NCBI GenBank assembly: GCA_963677485.1
Contig: OY781964.1
Span: 4,032,001-4,096,000, forward strand
Reading direction: 5' to 3'
Origin: Armatimonadota bacterium
Lineage (GTDB): Bacteria > Armatimonadota > HRBIN16
Length of the DNA stretch: 64,000 nt
Shown here: one piece after another, positions 19,385-27,895 of the stretch
Numbering within the stretch: position 1 is the first letter of the stretch
Layout of the letters: each line of letters opens with the position of its first letter
Translations under genes and position numbers: made by a program
Notes under the pieces: model-generated
The model's input: only the letters and a program-made list of their open reading frames with translations
The model's database searches: none
What the model was told of the DNA's origin: nothing

Positions 19385-19516
19385 GTGAGACCTCTAGGGT
19401 GCGGTGGTTGTGTTAATCAAGCTCTATATGACATTATTGTACAAGAATCCAGGTTGGTCCGAATGGTATTATGAGGGTGATGTCAAGGCATGGGAGAACC
19501 GCCAAAAGGAGAAATC

Positions 19517-20341
19517 ATGGATATCAAAGGTAGAACCGTCATCGTCACCGGCTCAGGCAGCGGGATCGGCAGGGCACTGGCCGTTGAGTTTGCCGCGAAT
19601 GGCGCGAACGTGGTCTGCTGCGGGCGACGCGAAGCGCCACTCCTCGAAACGGCGGCGCTGATCGAAGCCGGAGGCGGCACCGCGCTGGCGATACCGGCCG
19701 ATGTGACCGATCTGCTGCAGGTCAACCGACTGGTGTTGCAGACCATCGAGCGGTTCGGCTCCATCGATGTGCTATTCAACAACGCAGGCAGTTTCAACGC
19801 CATCGGTGCCTTCTGGGAGGTCGATCCTGATGCCTGGTGGAACGACGTGATGATCAACATCCGCAGCGTGCAGCTTTGCTCACGGGCGGTGCTGCCGCAT
19901 ATGATGGTGCGAAATGAAGGAATCATCATCAGCATGAATGGTGAGGGAGCACTGGGACCGCTGCCGGGTGGCTCCGGATATGGCAGCTCCCGGGCGGCGG
20001 TGCTTCGCATGACAGACACCCTGGCCCGAGAGCTAGCCATCGCAGGCTCTGATGTGCAGGTATATGCCCTCGGCCCAGGGTTTGTTCGCACCGAGATGAC
20101 GGAGCTGCAGGTCACCACCGAGGGCGGCCGGAAATGGCTACCCGGTTCCGGGCAGGCGTTTGACGAAGGTGCCAACCGCCCTGCCGAAGATTGCGCCAAA
20201 GCGGCCGTGCGGCTGCTGCATCACGCCTGCAACGAGCTGAGCGGGCGGATTTTTGATGTGGACACCGACTTCGAGGCGATGGCCAGGCAAGCAGCCGAGA
20301 TTGCCGCCGCTGATTCTTATACCATGCGGTTTCACGTATAG
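19517..20341 (+). CDS. Short-chain dehydrogenase/reductase
   Basis: VTGSGSGIG, DVLFNNAG, YGSSR (YxxxK variant), LGPGFVRT; AAGGAG RBS. Confidence 0.9.
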   Translation: MDIKGRTVIVTGSGSGIGRALAVEFAANGANVVCCGRREAPLLETAALIEAGGGTALAIPADVTDLLQVNRLVLQTIERFGSIDVLFNNAGSFNAIGAFWEVDPDAWWNDVMINIRSVQLCSRAVLPHMMVRNEGIIISMNGEGALGPLPGGSGYGSSRAAVLRMTDTLARELAIAGSDVQVYALGPGFVRTEMTELQVTTEGGRKWLPGSGQAFDEGANRPAEDCAKAAVRLLHHACNELSGRIFDVDTDFEAMARQAAEIAAADSYTMRFHV

Positions 20342-20353
20342 GAAAGGGAACGT

Positions 20354-20496
20354 CTCACGCGAAGCCGCGAAGGACGCGAAGAGGGAAGCATTGCATGGCG
20401 GTAGCTCCATCGGTCCGATCCGACGGATTGGACGGATTGGACCGATAGGCTGCTTCCTTCTTTCCTCCTCTTCTCCTTCACTCCTCTACTCCCTTA
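20354..20496. repeat. Mosaic of short-period tandem repeats and hairpin
   Basis: CTCA-CGCGAAG x3 (20354-20381); ATCGGTCCGATCCG..CGGATTGGA x2..CCGAT hairpin (20409-20446); CTCCTCTT/CTCCTTCA/CTCCTCTA/CTCCCTTA 8-mers (20465-20496). Confidence 0.85.
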
Positions 20497-20595
20497 CGCT
20501 ACTGTAACCTTTCCAAACACCATATTTCTACCTGTGTCGGTGCTTACGATATAATGCAAACTGTGGGTTCATAACAATTCTCACGGAGGCCTGTA

Positions 20596-21468
20596 ATGGG
20601 TATATCTCGTATAGCCGTCATCGGTGGCGAAGGCATGCTTGGCAAAGATGTCGTCAGCGCATTTCAGCTTCGCGGAATCGAGGCGATTGCCGCTGATAAA
20701 ACAAGCACAGAACACCCGGTAGACATCACCGATATGCACTCAGTTGAGAGCATATTAAGCGGATGTGATGCCGCGGTTTTGACGGCAGCCTATACCGATG
20801 TGGACGGCTGCGAGCGCAACCCGAAGTTGGCCTATCACGTGAACGCATTTGGAGCTGGCGCGGTGGCATCTGTATGTCGCCGCTACTCTATTCCGATGGT
20901 TTATATTAGCACCGACTTCGTGTTTGATGGCTGCACAGAGAGCCCTTACCGTGAACACCAGCCGGCCAACCCGCTTGGCGTGTATGGTGCCAGTAAGTGG
21001 GCAGGTGAGCAATGGGTGCGAGAGGTATGCCCGGAGCACTACATTTGCCGCACGGCCTGGTTATTCGGTGCCAATGGGAAGAGCTTTCCGAAGACCATGC
21101 TGAACGCGCACCGCGCGGGCAGAGAGCTGAGGGTGGTGGCAGACCAGCAGGGTTGCCCAACCTACACCAAGGACCTGGCGGACTGGGTATGCCATCTGCT
21201 GCTGAGTGGCGCGCCATACGGCACATACCACACGGTAAACTCCGGCAGCACGAGCTGGCATGGTCTGGCTGAAGAGGTGTTTCGGATAGCCGGTCTCGAT
21301 GTGACGATCAAGCCGATCGATCATACCGAATTCACGACACCGACGGAACGCCCGCCATATTCAGTTCTCAACACGGAGCGGCTGCAGCAAACGGGAGCAA
21401 CAGAACCGAGGCCATGGCAACTGGCCTTGAAAGATTTTATGAAAGAGATCGGCGAATGCGCCGATTGA
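20596..21468 (+). CDS. rfbD: dTDP-4-dehydrorhamnose reductase
   Basis: GGEGMLG, AAYTDVDGCE, YISTDFVFDG, YGASKWAGE, VVADQQGCPT, RPPYSVL. Confidence 0.95.
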   Translation: MGISRIAVIGGEGMLGKDVVSAFQLRGIEAIAADKTSTEHPVDITDMHSVESILSGCDAAVLTAAYTDVDGCERNPKLAYHVNAFGAGAVASVCRRYSIPMVYISTDFVFDGCTESPYREHQPANPLGVYGASKWAGEQWVREVCPEHYICRTAWLFGANGKSFPKTMLNAHRAGRELRVVADQQGCPTYTKDLADWVCHLLLSGAPYGTYHTVNSGSTSWHGLAEEVFRIAGLDVTIKPIDHTEFTTPTERPPYSVLNTERLQQTGATEPRPWQLALKDFMKEIGECAD

Positions 21469-21488
21469 TATATAGATAGAGGCGACTG

Positions 21489-24233
21489 ATGGATTTCAAT
21501 AAGACACTGAATCTACCCAAGACCGACTTCCCCATGCGGGCAGACCTCGTGAAGAGGGAGCCCGTGTGGCAGCAGTTCTGGGCAGAGCATGATATCACCC
21601 GCAAGGCTGTGGAGCAGAACCGTCCGAACGGCGTATTCGTGCTGCATGACGGCCCGCCATACTCCAACGGCAACATCCACATGGGACATGCGCTGAACAA
21701 GATACTCAAAGACTTCATCGTGAAGTATAAAACCCTCCGCGGATTCAGCGCGCCGTATGTTCCGGGCTGGGACAACCACGGGATGCCGATTGAGAACGAG
21801 GTGACCAAGGAGTTCCGCGCGAAAAAGCAGACTCCAGATAAAGTCACCCTTCGCAAGCGGTGCCGCAGCTACGCCGCGGAATACGTTGAGAAGCAGAAGT
21901 CACAGTTCCTTCGGCTTGGTATCGGCGGCGACTGGGATAACCCTTACCTGACCATGAAACCTCATTTTGAAGCCACCATCGTGCGCGTATTCGGCGAGCT
22001 CGTGGAAAAGGGGTTCGTCTATCGCGGGCTGAAACCTGTTCTGTGGTGCCCTGTCTGCGAGACCGCTCTGGCGGATGCTGAAGTGGAGTATCACGAGCAT
22101 ACCTCACACAGCATCACCGTGAAGTTCCCCCTGCTGGCTGACCCAAAAAAGCTGGCTGACGGGCTAATAGATCCGCATGTGGTGATCTGGACCACCACCC
22201 CCTGGACCATCCCGGCTAACCTGGCCGTCGCGGTGCATCCCGACGAGGAGTATGCCTGGGTTAAGTGCGAGGCCGGCACCCTTCTGATGGCCACCGCACT
22301 GATCGACAGCGTCATAGATGTCTGCGGCTTGGAATGGCATGAAGTGATCCGTACCTGCACCGGCCGCGGTCTTGAGGGATTGGTGTTCAAACACCCTCTG
22401 TATGATCGCGAATCGCCTGTGGTTCTGGCCGACTACGTCACGATGACCGACGGCACCGGTGTGGTTCATACCGCGCCTGGCCACGGTGAGGACGACTTCC
22501 GCACAGGTAAGCGCTACGGGTTGGATGCCTACTGCCCTGTCGATGGCTCCGGCCATTATAACCAGACGGTGGGCGAGCGGCTGGCGGGTCTGCATATCAA
22601 AGAGGCGAACGGAGCTGTCATCGAGTGGCTGAGGGAGAACGGGGTTCTGCTGAACCACACGCCATTTGAGCACCAGTATCCATACTGCTGGCGATGCCGC
22701 AGCTCGCTGATCTTCCGGGCCACCACGCAGTGGTTTATGAACATCGACCACGATGGACACCGCCAGAAGTGCGTGGAGAGCATCAAGCAGACCAAATGGT
22801 ATCCCGCACAGAGCATCAACCGCATCACCAGCATGGTGGAGGGGCGCCCTGACTGGTGCCTCAGCCGTCAGCGAAGCTGGGGTGTGAATATCCCAGCCTT
22901 CCATTGCTCTGACTGTGGCGAAGTGCTGTTGGATTCTCATATCATTGCGAACGTAGCTGATCTGGTGGAACAAAACAACTCCGATATCTGGAGCGAACAG
23001 CCTGCGGAATTCTTCTTGCCCGAGGGGCAGAAGTGTACCAAGTGCGGTGGCAGCACGTTCGAGAAAGAGACCGACACACTGGATGTCTGGTTCGATAGCG
23101 GATCGACCAACCGAGCTGTGCTGGAGAGCCGCCCTGAGCTGCACTGGCCAGCCGACGTCTACCTTGAGGGCTCTGACCAGCACCGTGGTTGGTTCAACTC
23201 CAGTCTGATGGTCGCACAGGCCACCAAAGGCCAAGCACCGTATAAAACTGTCATCACCAACGGCTGGATGCTGGATGCTCAGGGTCACCCGATGCACAAG
23301 TCACTTGGCAATGTGATCTTGCCGTCGGAAGTCATCGCCAAATACGGTGCTGATGTGATGCGGTTATGGGTAGCCAGCGTGAACTACATGGAAGATGTGC
23401 GGCTGAGCTACGACATCTTGGACCGCACCTCGGAGAACTTCCGGCGCATCCGCAACACTGCGCGGTTCATACTTGGCAACATCAGTGACTTCGATGTGGA
23501 GACGCAAGCGGTGCCAGAGGCTGATCTGCTGCCACTCGACCGCTGGGCCTTGGCCCGGCTGCGAGAGGTGATGAACAACTGCCGCGCCTATTTCGATGAG
23601 TTCGAGTTCAACAAGGTATATCAAGAGGTGCATCTCTACTGCGCTCAAGACCTGAGCGGCTTCTATATGGATGTGCTGAAAGACCGGCTGTATGCCTCCA
23701 AGGCGGACAGTCTGGACCGGCGCAGCGCGCAGACGGTTCTGCTGGAAATCTGCAAGAGGCTGGCGCAGGTTTTGGCGCCGATCATGACGCACACCTCTGA
23801 AGAGATATGGCAGGCACTGCCCATCGGCAACAAGCAGGAGAGCGTGCTGCTGAGCGTGCTTGAGTGTCAGGACTTCGGCCCTGAAGACGCCGCTGTGGTG
23901 GCGAAGTGGGCACCTGTGTTAGAGCTGCGTGAAGTGGTCAACAAGGCAATGGAAGAGTTCCGTCAAGGCGGCGAGATCAAGCGTAGTCAAGAAGCGGCTG
24001 TTCTTGTGACGGCATCCGCTGAGATGCTGGCATCTCTGGCAGATTACACCGGCATGATGGCCGATCTGTTCATGGTAGGTGGCGTCGAACTGTCCGAGGG
24101 TGCTGAGCTTCTCGTGACCGTCAGCAAGGCGGTAGGGGAGAAGTGCCCTCGCTGCTGGCTGATCAAAACCGACATCGGGGCCAACTCGGCACAGCCGGAA
24201 GTTTGCGGCCGATGTGCTGAAGCGCTGACTTAA
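21489..24233 (+). CDS. ileS: Isoleucine--tRNA ligase (type 1)
   Basis: TLNLPKTDFPMRA, HDGPPY..HMGH, WTTTPWTIPAN, GTGVVHTAPGHG, LEGSDQHRGWF, PMHKSLGN, C-terminal CPRCW..CGRC. Confidence 0.98.
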   Translation: MDFNKTLNLPKTDFPMRADLVKREPVWQQFWAEHDITRKAVEQNRPNGVFVLHDGPPYSNGNIHMGHALNKILKDFIVKYKTLRGFSAPYVPGWDNHGMPIENEVTKEFRAKKQTPDKVTLRKRCRSYAAEYVEKQKSQFLRLGIGGDWDNPYLTMKPHFEATIVRVFGELVEKGFVYRGLKPVLWCPVCETALADAEVEYHEHTSHSITVKFPLLADPKKLADGLIDPHVVIWTTTPWTIPANLAVAVHPDEEYAWVKCEAGTLLMATALIDSVIDVCGLEWHEVIRTCTGRGLEGLVFKHPLYDRESPVVLADYVTMTDGTGVVHTAPGHGEDDFRTGKRYGLDAYCPVDGSGHYNQTVGERLAGLHIKEANGAVIEWLRENGVLLNHTPFEHQYPYCWRCRSSLIFRATTQWFMNIDHDGHRQKCVESIKQTKWYPAQSINRITSMVEGRPDWCLSRQRSWGVNIPAFHCSDCGEVLLDSHIIANVADLVEQNNSDIWSEQPAEFFLPEGQKCTKCGGSTFEKETDTLDVWFDSGSTNRAVLESRPELHWPADVYLEGSDQHRGWFNSSLMVAQATKGQAPYKTVITNGWMLDAQGHPMHKSLGNVILPSEVIAKYGADVMRLWVASVNYMEDVRLSYDILDRTSENFRRIRNTARFILGNISDFDVETQAVPEADLLPLDRWALARLREVMNNCRAYFDEFEFNKVYQEVHLYCAQDLSGFYMDVLKDRLYASKADSLDRRSAQTVLLEICKRLAQVLAPIMTHTSEEIWQALPIGNKQESVLLSVLECQDFGPEDAAVVAKWAPVLELREVVNKAMEEFRQGGEIKRSQEAAVLVTASAEMLASLADYTGMMADLFMVGGVELSEGAELLVTVSKAVGEKCPRCWLIKTDIGANSAQPEVCGRCAEALT

Positions 24234-24235
24234 CA

Positions 24236-24715
24236 TTGCGGCGATTACACTTCCTATTGGTTGCTGCACTGGTCATGATACTAGACCAGTGCAGCAAACT
24301 CTGGGCCACCAGAGCCTTGATGCCCATACGCGAAATTGATTTGATTGATGGCATTTTTACGCTAACCTATGTGCGTAACCGGGGGGTAGCCTTCGGGCTG
24401 TTGCAGGGTACTGGTATGGCCATTGCCATGATCACCATTATCGTCATTGGCTGGGCGATCTGGTGGGCGTTCCAGCGTCCCCGGCTGGCACGTATCGAGA
24501 TATGGGCTTTGGGGCTCGTCACTGGCGGAAGCCTGGGCAATCTGATCGACCGTATCCGGCTGGGGTATGTGGTCGACTTCTTCGACTTTCAAGTTTGGCC
24601 CGTGTTCAACGTGGCGGATATCTGCATCTGCACCGCCGCGGCGTTGTGGATGTACCAGATATGGCAGCAGGAACGCCAGGCTAGTAAACCCGTGAAGGTC
24701 AAACGCAAACGGTAG
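24236..24715 (+). CDS. lspA: Signal peptidase II
   Basis: LDQCSK, NRGVAFG, GGSLGNLIDR, VVDF, FNVAD; follows ileS. Confidence 0.96.
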   Translation: MRRLHFLLVAALVMILDQCSKLWATRALMPIREIDLIDGIFTLTYVRNRGVAFGLLQGTGMAIAMITIIVIGWAIWWAFQRPRLARIEIWALGLVTGGSLGNLIDRIRLGYVVDFFDFQVWPVFNVADICICTAAALWMYQIWQQERQASKPVKVKRKR

Positions 24716-24741
24716 GTTTGGGTTCTGCATGCCGGAGATCC

Positions 24742-25376
24742 TCTGAACCACGGATGACGCGGATTGCACGAATGGGGTGTTGGTGACTGGTTTCACCAAC
24801 ACCCCATTTTGAATTGACCCGCATCGGGGGTAGGGTTTCCGGCGGTTCCTACCACGGGTTGCGCTGGCGCTTGCAAGTAACTGGTCGTTATTAAGGTTAT
24901 GCCGCCAAACTTCGACGGATTCCATCAGCCCGCTAAAGCAGGCCTCGTCACCCGTCGCTTATCATCTAGCTGTCCGCTGAAGCGGACGCGGGGATACGCC
25001 CTGCGCCGGCCGGAGCGAAGCGACGCCGGCCGCTAATGATCAGCCACGCGGTGAGGAAACCCCGTAGGGACGCCAGTCCCGTGGGGTGACTGAACCCGTG
25101 GCCATATGCCGACATCATCCGTTACACCATGGGCTGCCGTACCTTCACGGGCGAGTGCTTGTTGAGCAGTAGCCGAGACATTGATGTCGCGGTGGGAAGA
25201 CCGATGGTGTAGGCTCTCCGCCAGACCTGCCCGGTTAGGCAAAACCGCCCAAGAAATCGGTATTTAAGACAGCTGTGGCGGGCAAAAACCGCACCGGTCG
25301 ATGCCTCATCTGTGTCATCTGTGTAATCCGTGGATGTGTTCTTCCCATTCGCGTCTATTCGTGTCCATTCGTGGTT
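24742..25376. repeat. Composite palindromic repeat mosaic, locus 1 (module order A-B-C)
   Basis: Module A 24742-24872 resembles 27105-27226; module B 24999-25102 resembles 27372-27501; module C 25212-25250 resembles 27298-27338; closes with 9- and 10-mer tandem arms at 25307-25376. Confidence 0.9.
24771..24810 (+). terminator. Perfect 16-bp hairpin ending in TTTT; likely terminates rfbD-ileS-lspA
   Basis: AATGGGGTGTTGGTGA-ctggtt-TCACCAACACCCCATT followed by TT; part of repeat module A. Confidence 0.55.
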
Positions 25377-25648
25377 CTATAACAGATCGCGATTGACCCA
25401 GTGTCTTGCGACGATGCAAAGGTGGTTTGCAACGGCCCTGCTCGATACGGTTCTGTAACACCCCCATAGCAAGCCGTCGACAGAAAACACACGCATTCCT
25501 CCGTCCTCGATATGGGTTGGTAATGCCAAGACAAAAAAGGATAATATATACCGATGTCATTCGACACGGATGAAAGAACCTAAAGCTCGGATTGGTTAAT
25601 CGAGCATCTGTGTGCAATAAAACTAGTTGGTAAAGATGGGTCGGCAAT

Positions 25649-27085
25649 ATGAATATCAGAATCGTAAAAACTACCCTGCAGTTTGTTCTCCTGGCCGCAA
25701 TATGCCTGGCGGTAACGATGGCCTCAGGCTGTGCGAAATCCACACAAGCCCCGAAAGCGATTGCTATGATTGATGCCCTGGCGAAGGGCGACTACGCCAC
25801 CGCAACCGTCGATGTGAACGCGGATATGAAGAACACGCTTTCGGCGGAAGTCCTAAAATCATTATGGACAAAGTTGACAGCCAAATCGGGAGCATATGTA
25901 TCCCACAACGGCTACCGCCAGATCAGTAGGGGTGAATATAAAGCGGTCACTATCCCGTGCAAGTTCGAAAAAGCGGTTTGGGACCTGGAAGTCACTTTTA
26001 ACCGAAATGATCAGGTCGTGGGGATACGCTACAGCCTGCCCGAACAGCAATCCGTCGGGCTAGAAAAAACACCTGCGTATGTTCATAAGGACCGCTTCGA
26101 TGAGCGCAGTGTCAGCTTTAAAAGTGGCGAGGGTAAAGGATCGGATTTAATATTAGCGGTGGAAAAAACCAACACGACTAGTCGTGGTTTCAGCAACACG
26201 ACTAGTCGTGTTTCCATCAAGAATGGTGTCAAGAAGGTTACGGCTACCCTTTCTGTGCCCTATGGAGTGGGCCCGTTTCCCGTCGTCATCCTGGTTCCCG
26301 ACACATCAGTAGAAGGTGCTCAGGGATCAGGGCCTGCGGAACCGCTGCAGGATATCGCCTGGGGCCTGGCATCTCAGGGGATCGCCGCATTGCGGTATGA
26401 TAATACGCTGAGTAACCGGCAACACACGAAAACCTGGACGGTGAACGAAGAGGTTATTGACGATGTGGCGGCGGCGATGAAGTCAATCGAGAACGAAAAG
26501 ATGATCGACCAGCATCGGATTTTCGTGCTTGGGCATGGACTGGCAGGCTATCTGGCTCCACGGATGGGCAGGGATCATCAGCAAATCGCCGGTCTGATTG
26601 TGATGGCTGGAATGGCCCGCCCTCTGGAGGATGTGATTTCGGGTTCAGAGAAATATAAAGCGTTGGCTTTAGAGCCTACAGTGAGTGATTATACGAAAAA
26701 GTCACTGTTGCAGCTAAGTCAGGACGTCTCCAGAGTTAAGATAATCGATCCGTCTGAAAAGGAAACGACGACTGTCCTTGGTCAGCCCATATCCTACTGG
26801 CGCGACCTCTATGGGTATTCCCCGGTGTCTGTGGCCAAGGGGCTCAAGCAACCAATGTTGATCATGCTTGGGGGTCGTGATTATACAGCGACAAATGCCG
26901 ATCTGAAGCTGTGGAAGCAGTTATCCGCTTCACGGGCGAATGTGGCGGTGAAGCTCTATCCCGACTTGAATCAACTGTTCATCTCTGGCAAAGGGATGGC
27001 GACGCCCATCGAGTATGGCATCTACGGCAACGTCCCGCAGCAGGTGGTGAGTGACATCTGTGGCTGGGTACGCGGGCAGAAATAG
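25649..27085 (+). CDS. DUF3887 + alpha/beta-hydrolase-fold lipoprotein with degenerate catalytic motifs
   Basis: Lipobox-like MASGC; DUF3887-type N-domain; DIAWGLASQGIAALRYD, TVNEEVIDD, FVLGHGLAG, GGRDY, YPDLNQLF. Confidence 0.8.
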   Translation: MNIRIVKTTLQFVLLAAICLAVTMASGCAKSTQAPKAIAMIDALAKGDYATATVDVNADMKNTLSAEVLKSLWTKLTAKSGAYVSHNGYRQISRGEYKAVTIPCKFEKAVWDLEVTFNRNDQVVGIRYSLPEQQSVGLEKTPAYVHKDRFDERSVSFKSGEGKGSDLILAVEKTNTTSRGFSNTTSRVSIKNGVKKVTATLSVPYGVGPFPVVILVPDTSVEGAQGSGPAEPLQDIAWGLASQGIAALRYDNTLSNRQHTKTWTVNEEVIDDVAAAMKSIENEKMIDQHRIFVLGHGLAGYLAPRMGRDHQQIAGLIVMAGMARPLEDVISGSEKYKALALEPTVSDYTKKSLLQLSQDVSRVKIIDPSEKETTTVLGQPISYWRDLYGYSPVSVAKGLKQPMLIMLGGRDYTATNADLKLWKQLSASRANVAVKLYPDLNQLFISGKGMATPIEYGIYGNVPQQVVSDICGWVRGQK

Positions 27086-27104
27086 AGGGTATCTGCGGGG
27101 TTAT

Positions 27105-27772
27105 TGTCTGAAACACGGATTGCGCTAATGGGGTTTAAGTGCCGTTTGTCACCAACACCCCATTATGAATCGACCCACTTCGGGGTAGGCTTTCGGCGGT
27201 TCCTTCCAGGGGTTGCGCTGCGCTTACCCCTGGCTATAAGAATCTTACCCACTCCGTGGGTGTCCGGAGGCTGCGACCTTCTAGCATGGTGGTTACAGGC
27301 TAACCGCCAGACCGGCGCGGTTAGGGGAAAACCGCCCCGGACATAGGCAATTGGGCTACAACGGGTTTCCCCCCTGCGCCGGTCGGAGCGAAGCGACACC
27401 GGCCGATAATGATAAGCCGTGCGGTGAGGGAACCCGCACCAACGCAGCTCCTGGAGCGTCAGCTCCCGGATCGGAGTGGTGTGGGTGACTAAACCCGCGG
27501 CAGGGTGGCTGTACCACGGATTTCACGGATGGGGAGGCGACCCCGTCAACCCTTTGCGTCCTTGCACCTTGGCGTCTTTGCGTTGATCTGCTCCACCTTT
27601 TCGCGTCTTCGCGTCTTCGCGTGTCCACATTCCGTATTCGTGTCTACCTGTGTTCATTCGTGGTGAACAAGAAGACCTGTAGGATGAGTACGACGAGTAG
27701 GACGGGGGCTTGCCTTTTCGCGTCTTCGCGTCTTCGCGTGAGCCTTTTTCCATTTGTGTTCATTCGTGGTTA
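27105..27772. repeat. Composite palindromic repeat mosaic, locus 2 (module order A-C-B plus tandem-repeat train)
   Basis: Modules homologous to 24742-25250 and 8360-8440; then CACGGATTT 9-mers (27513-27530), CTTTGCGT-type 8-mers x4 (27552-27583), TTCGCGT(C) x3 twice (27599-27623, 27716-27742), ATTCGTG(T/G)T 10-mers, GTAGGATGA-type 9-mers (27679-27704). Confidence 0.9.
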
Positions 27773-27895
27773 AAATACGGCCGGCGTCATCTGTGGAACA
27801 AAACACTATCTTCCGCCCTTGCAATTATCACCTTTCACCGGCACAATATACCAAAGTGGGCTGCTTTTCGTCGTCCACCAGGAGTTTATTCATCG

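Noticed and set aside
21469-21488. T-box leader for ileS
   Set aside because: Only 20 nt separate rfbD and ileS, and I saw no T-box consensus upstream of rfbD.
22164-23297. 377-aa minus-strand ORF, and similar ORFs at 53834-54745, 44379-45239, 27968-28801 and 39301-40083
   Set aside because: Antisense to well-supported genes; expected from codon bias.
25050-25095. Box C/D motif (GTGAGGA..CTGA) in module B
   Set aside because: The second copy reads GTGAGGG..CTAA, so the boxes are not conserved; kept only as a generic internal loop.
25110-25211. Known ribozyme (HDV-like, hammerhead, twister) or tRNA
   Set aside because: Catalytic core sequences and tRNA D/T-loop consensus are absent.
27104-27753. 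Short ORFs in the repeat mosaics (also 20253-20507, 24362-24925, 25033-25242, 49098-49373)
   Set aside because: Translations of palindromic or tandem repeats; no RBS or domain evidence.
27513-27772. CRISPR array or TIGR-like guide array
   Set aside because: Units are 8-10 bp abutting tandem copies with no regular repeat-spacer period; no cas or Nop-domain gene in the window.
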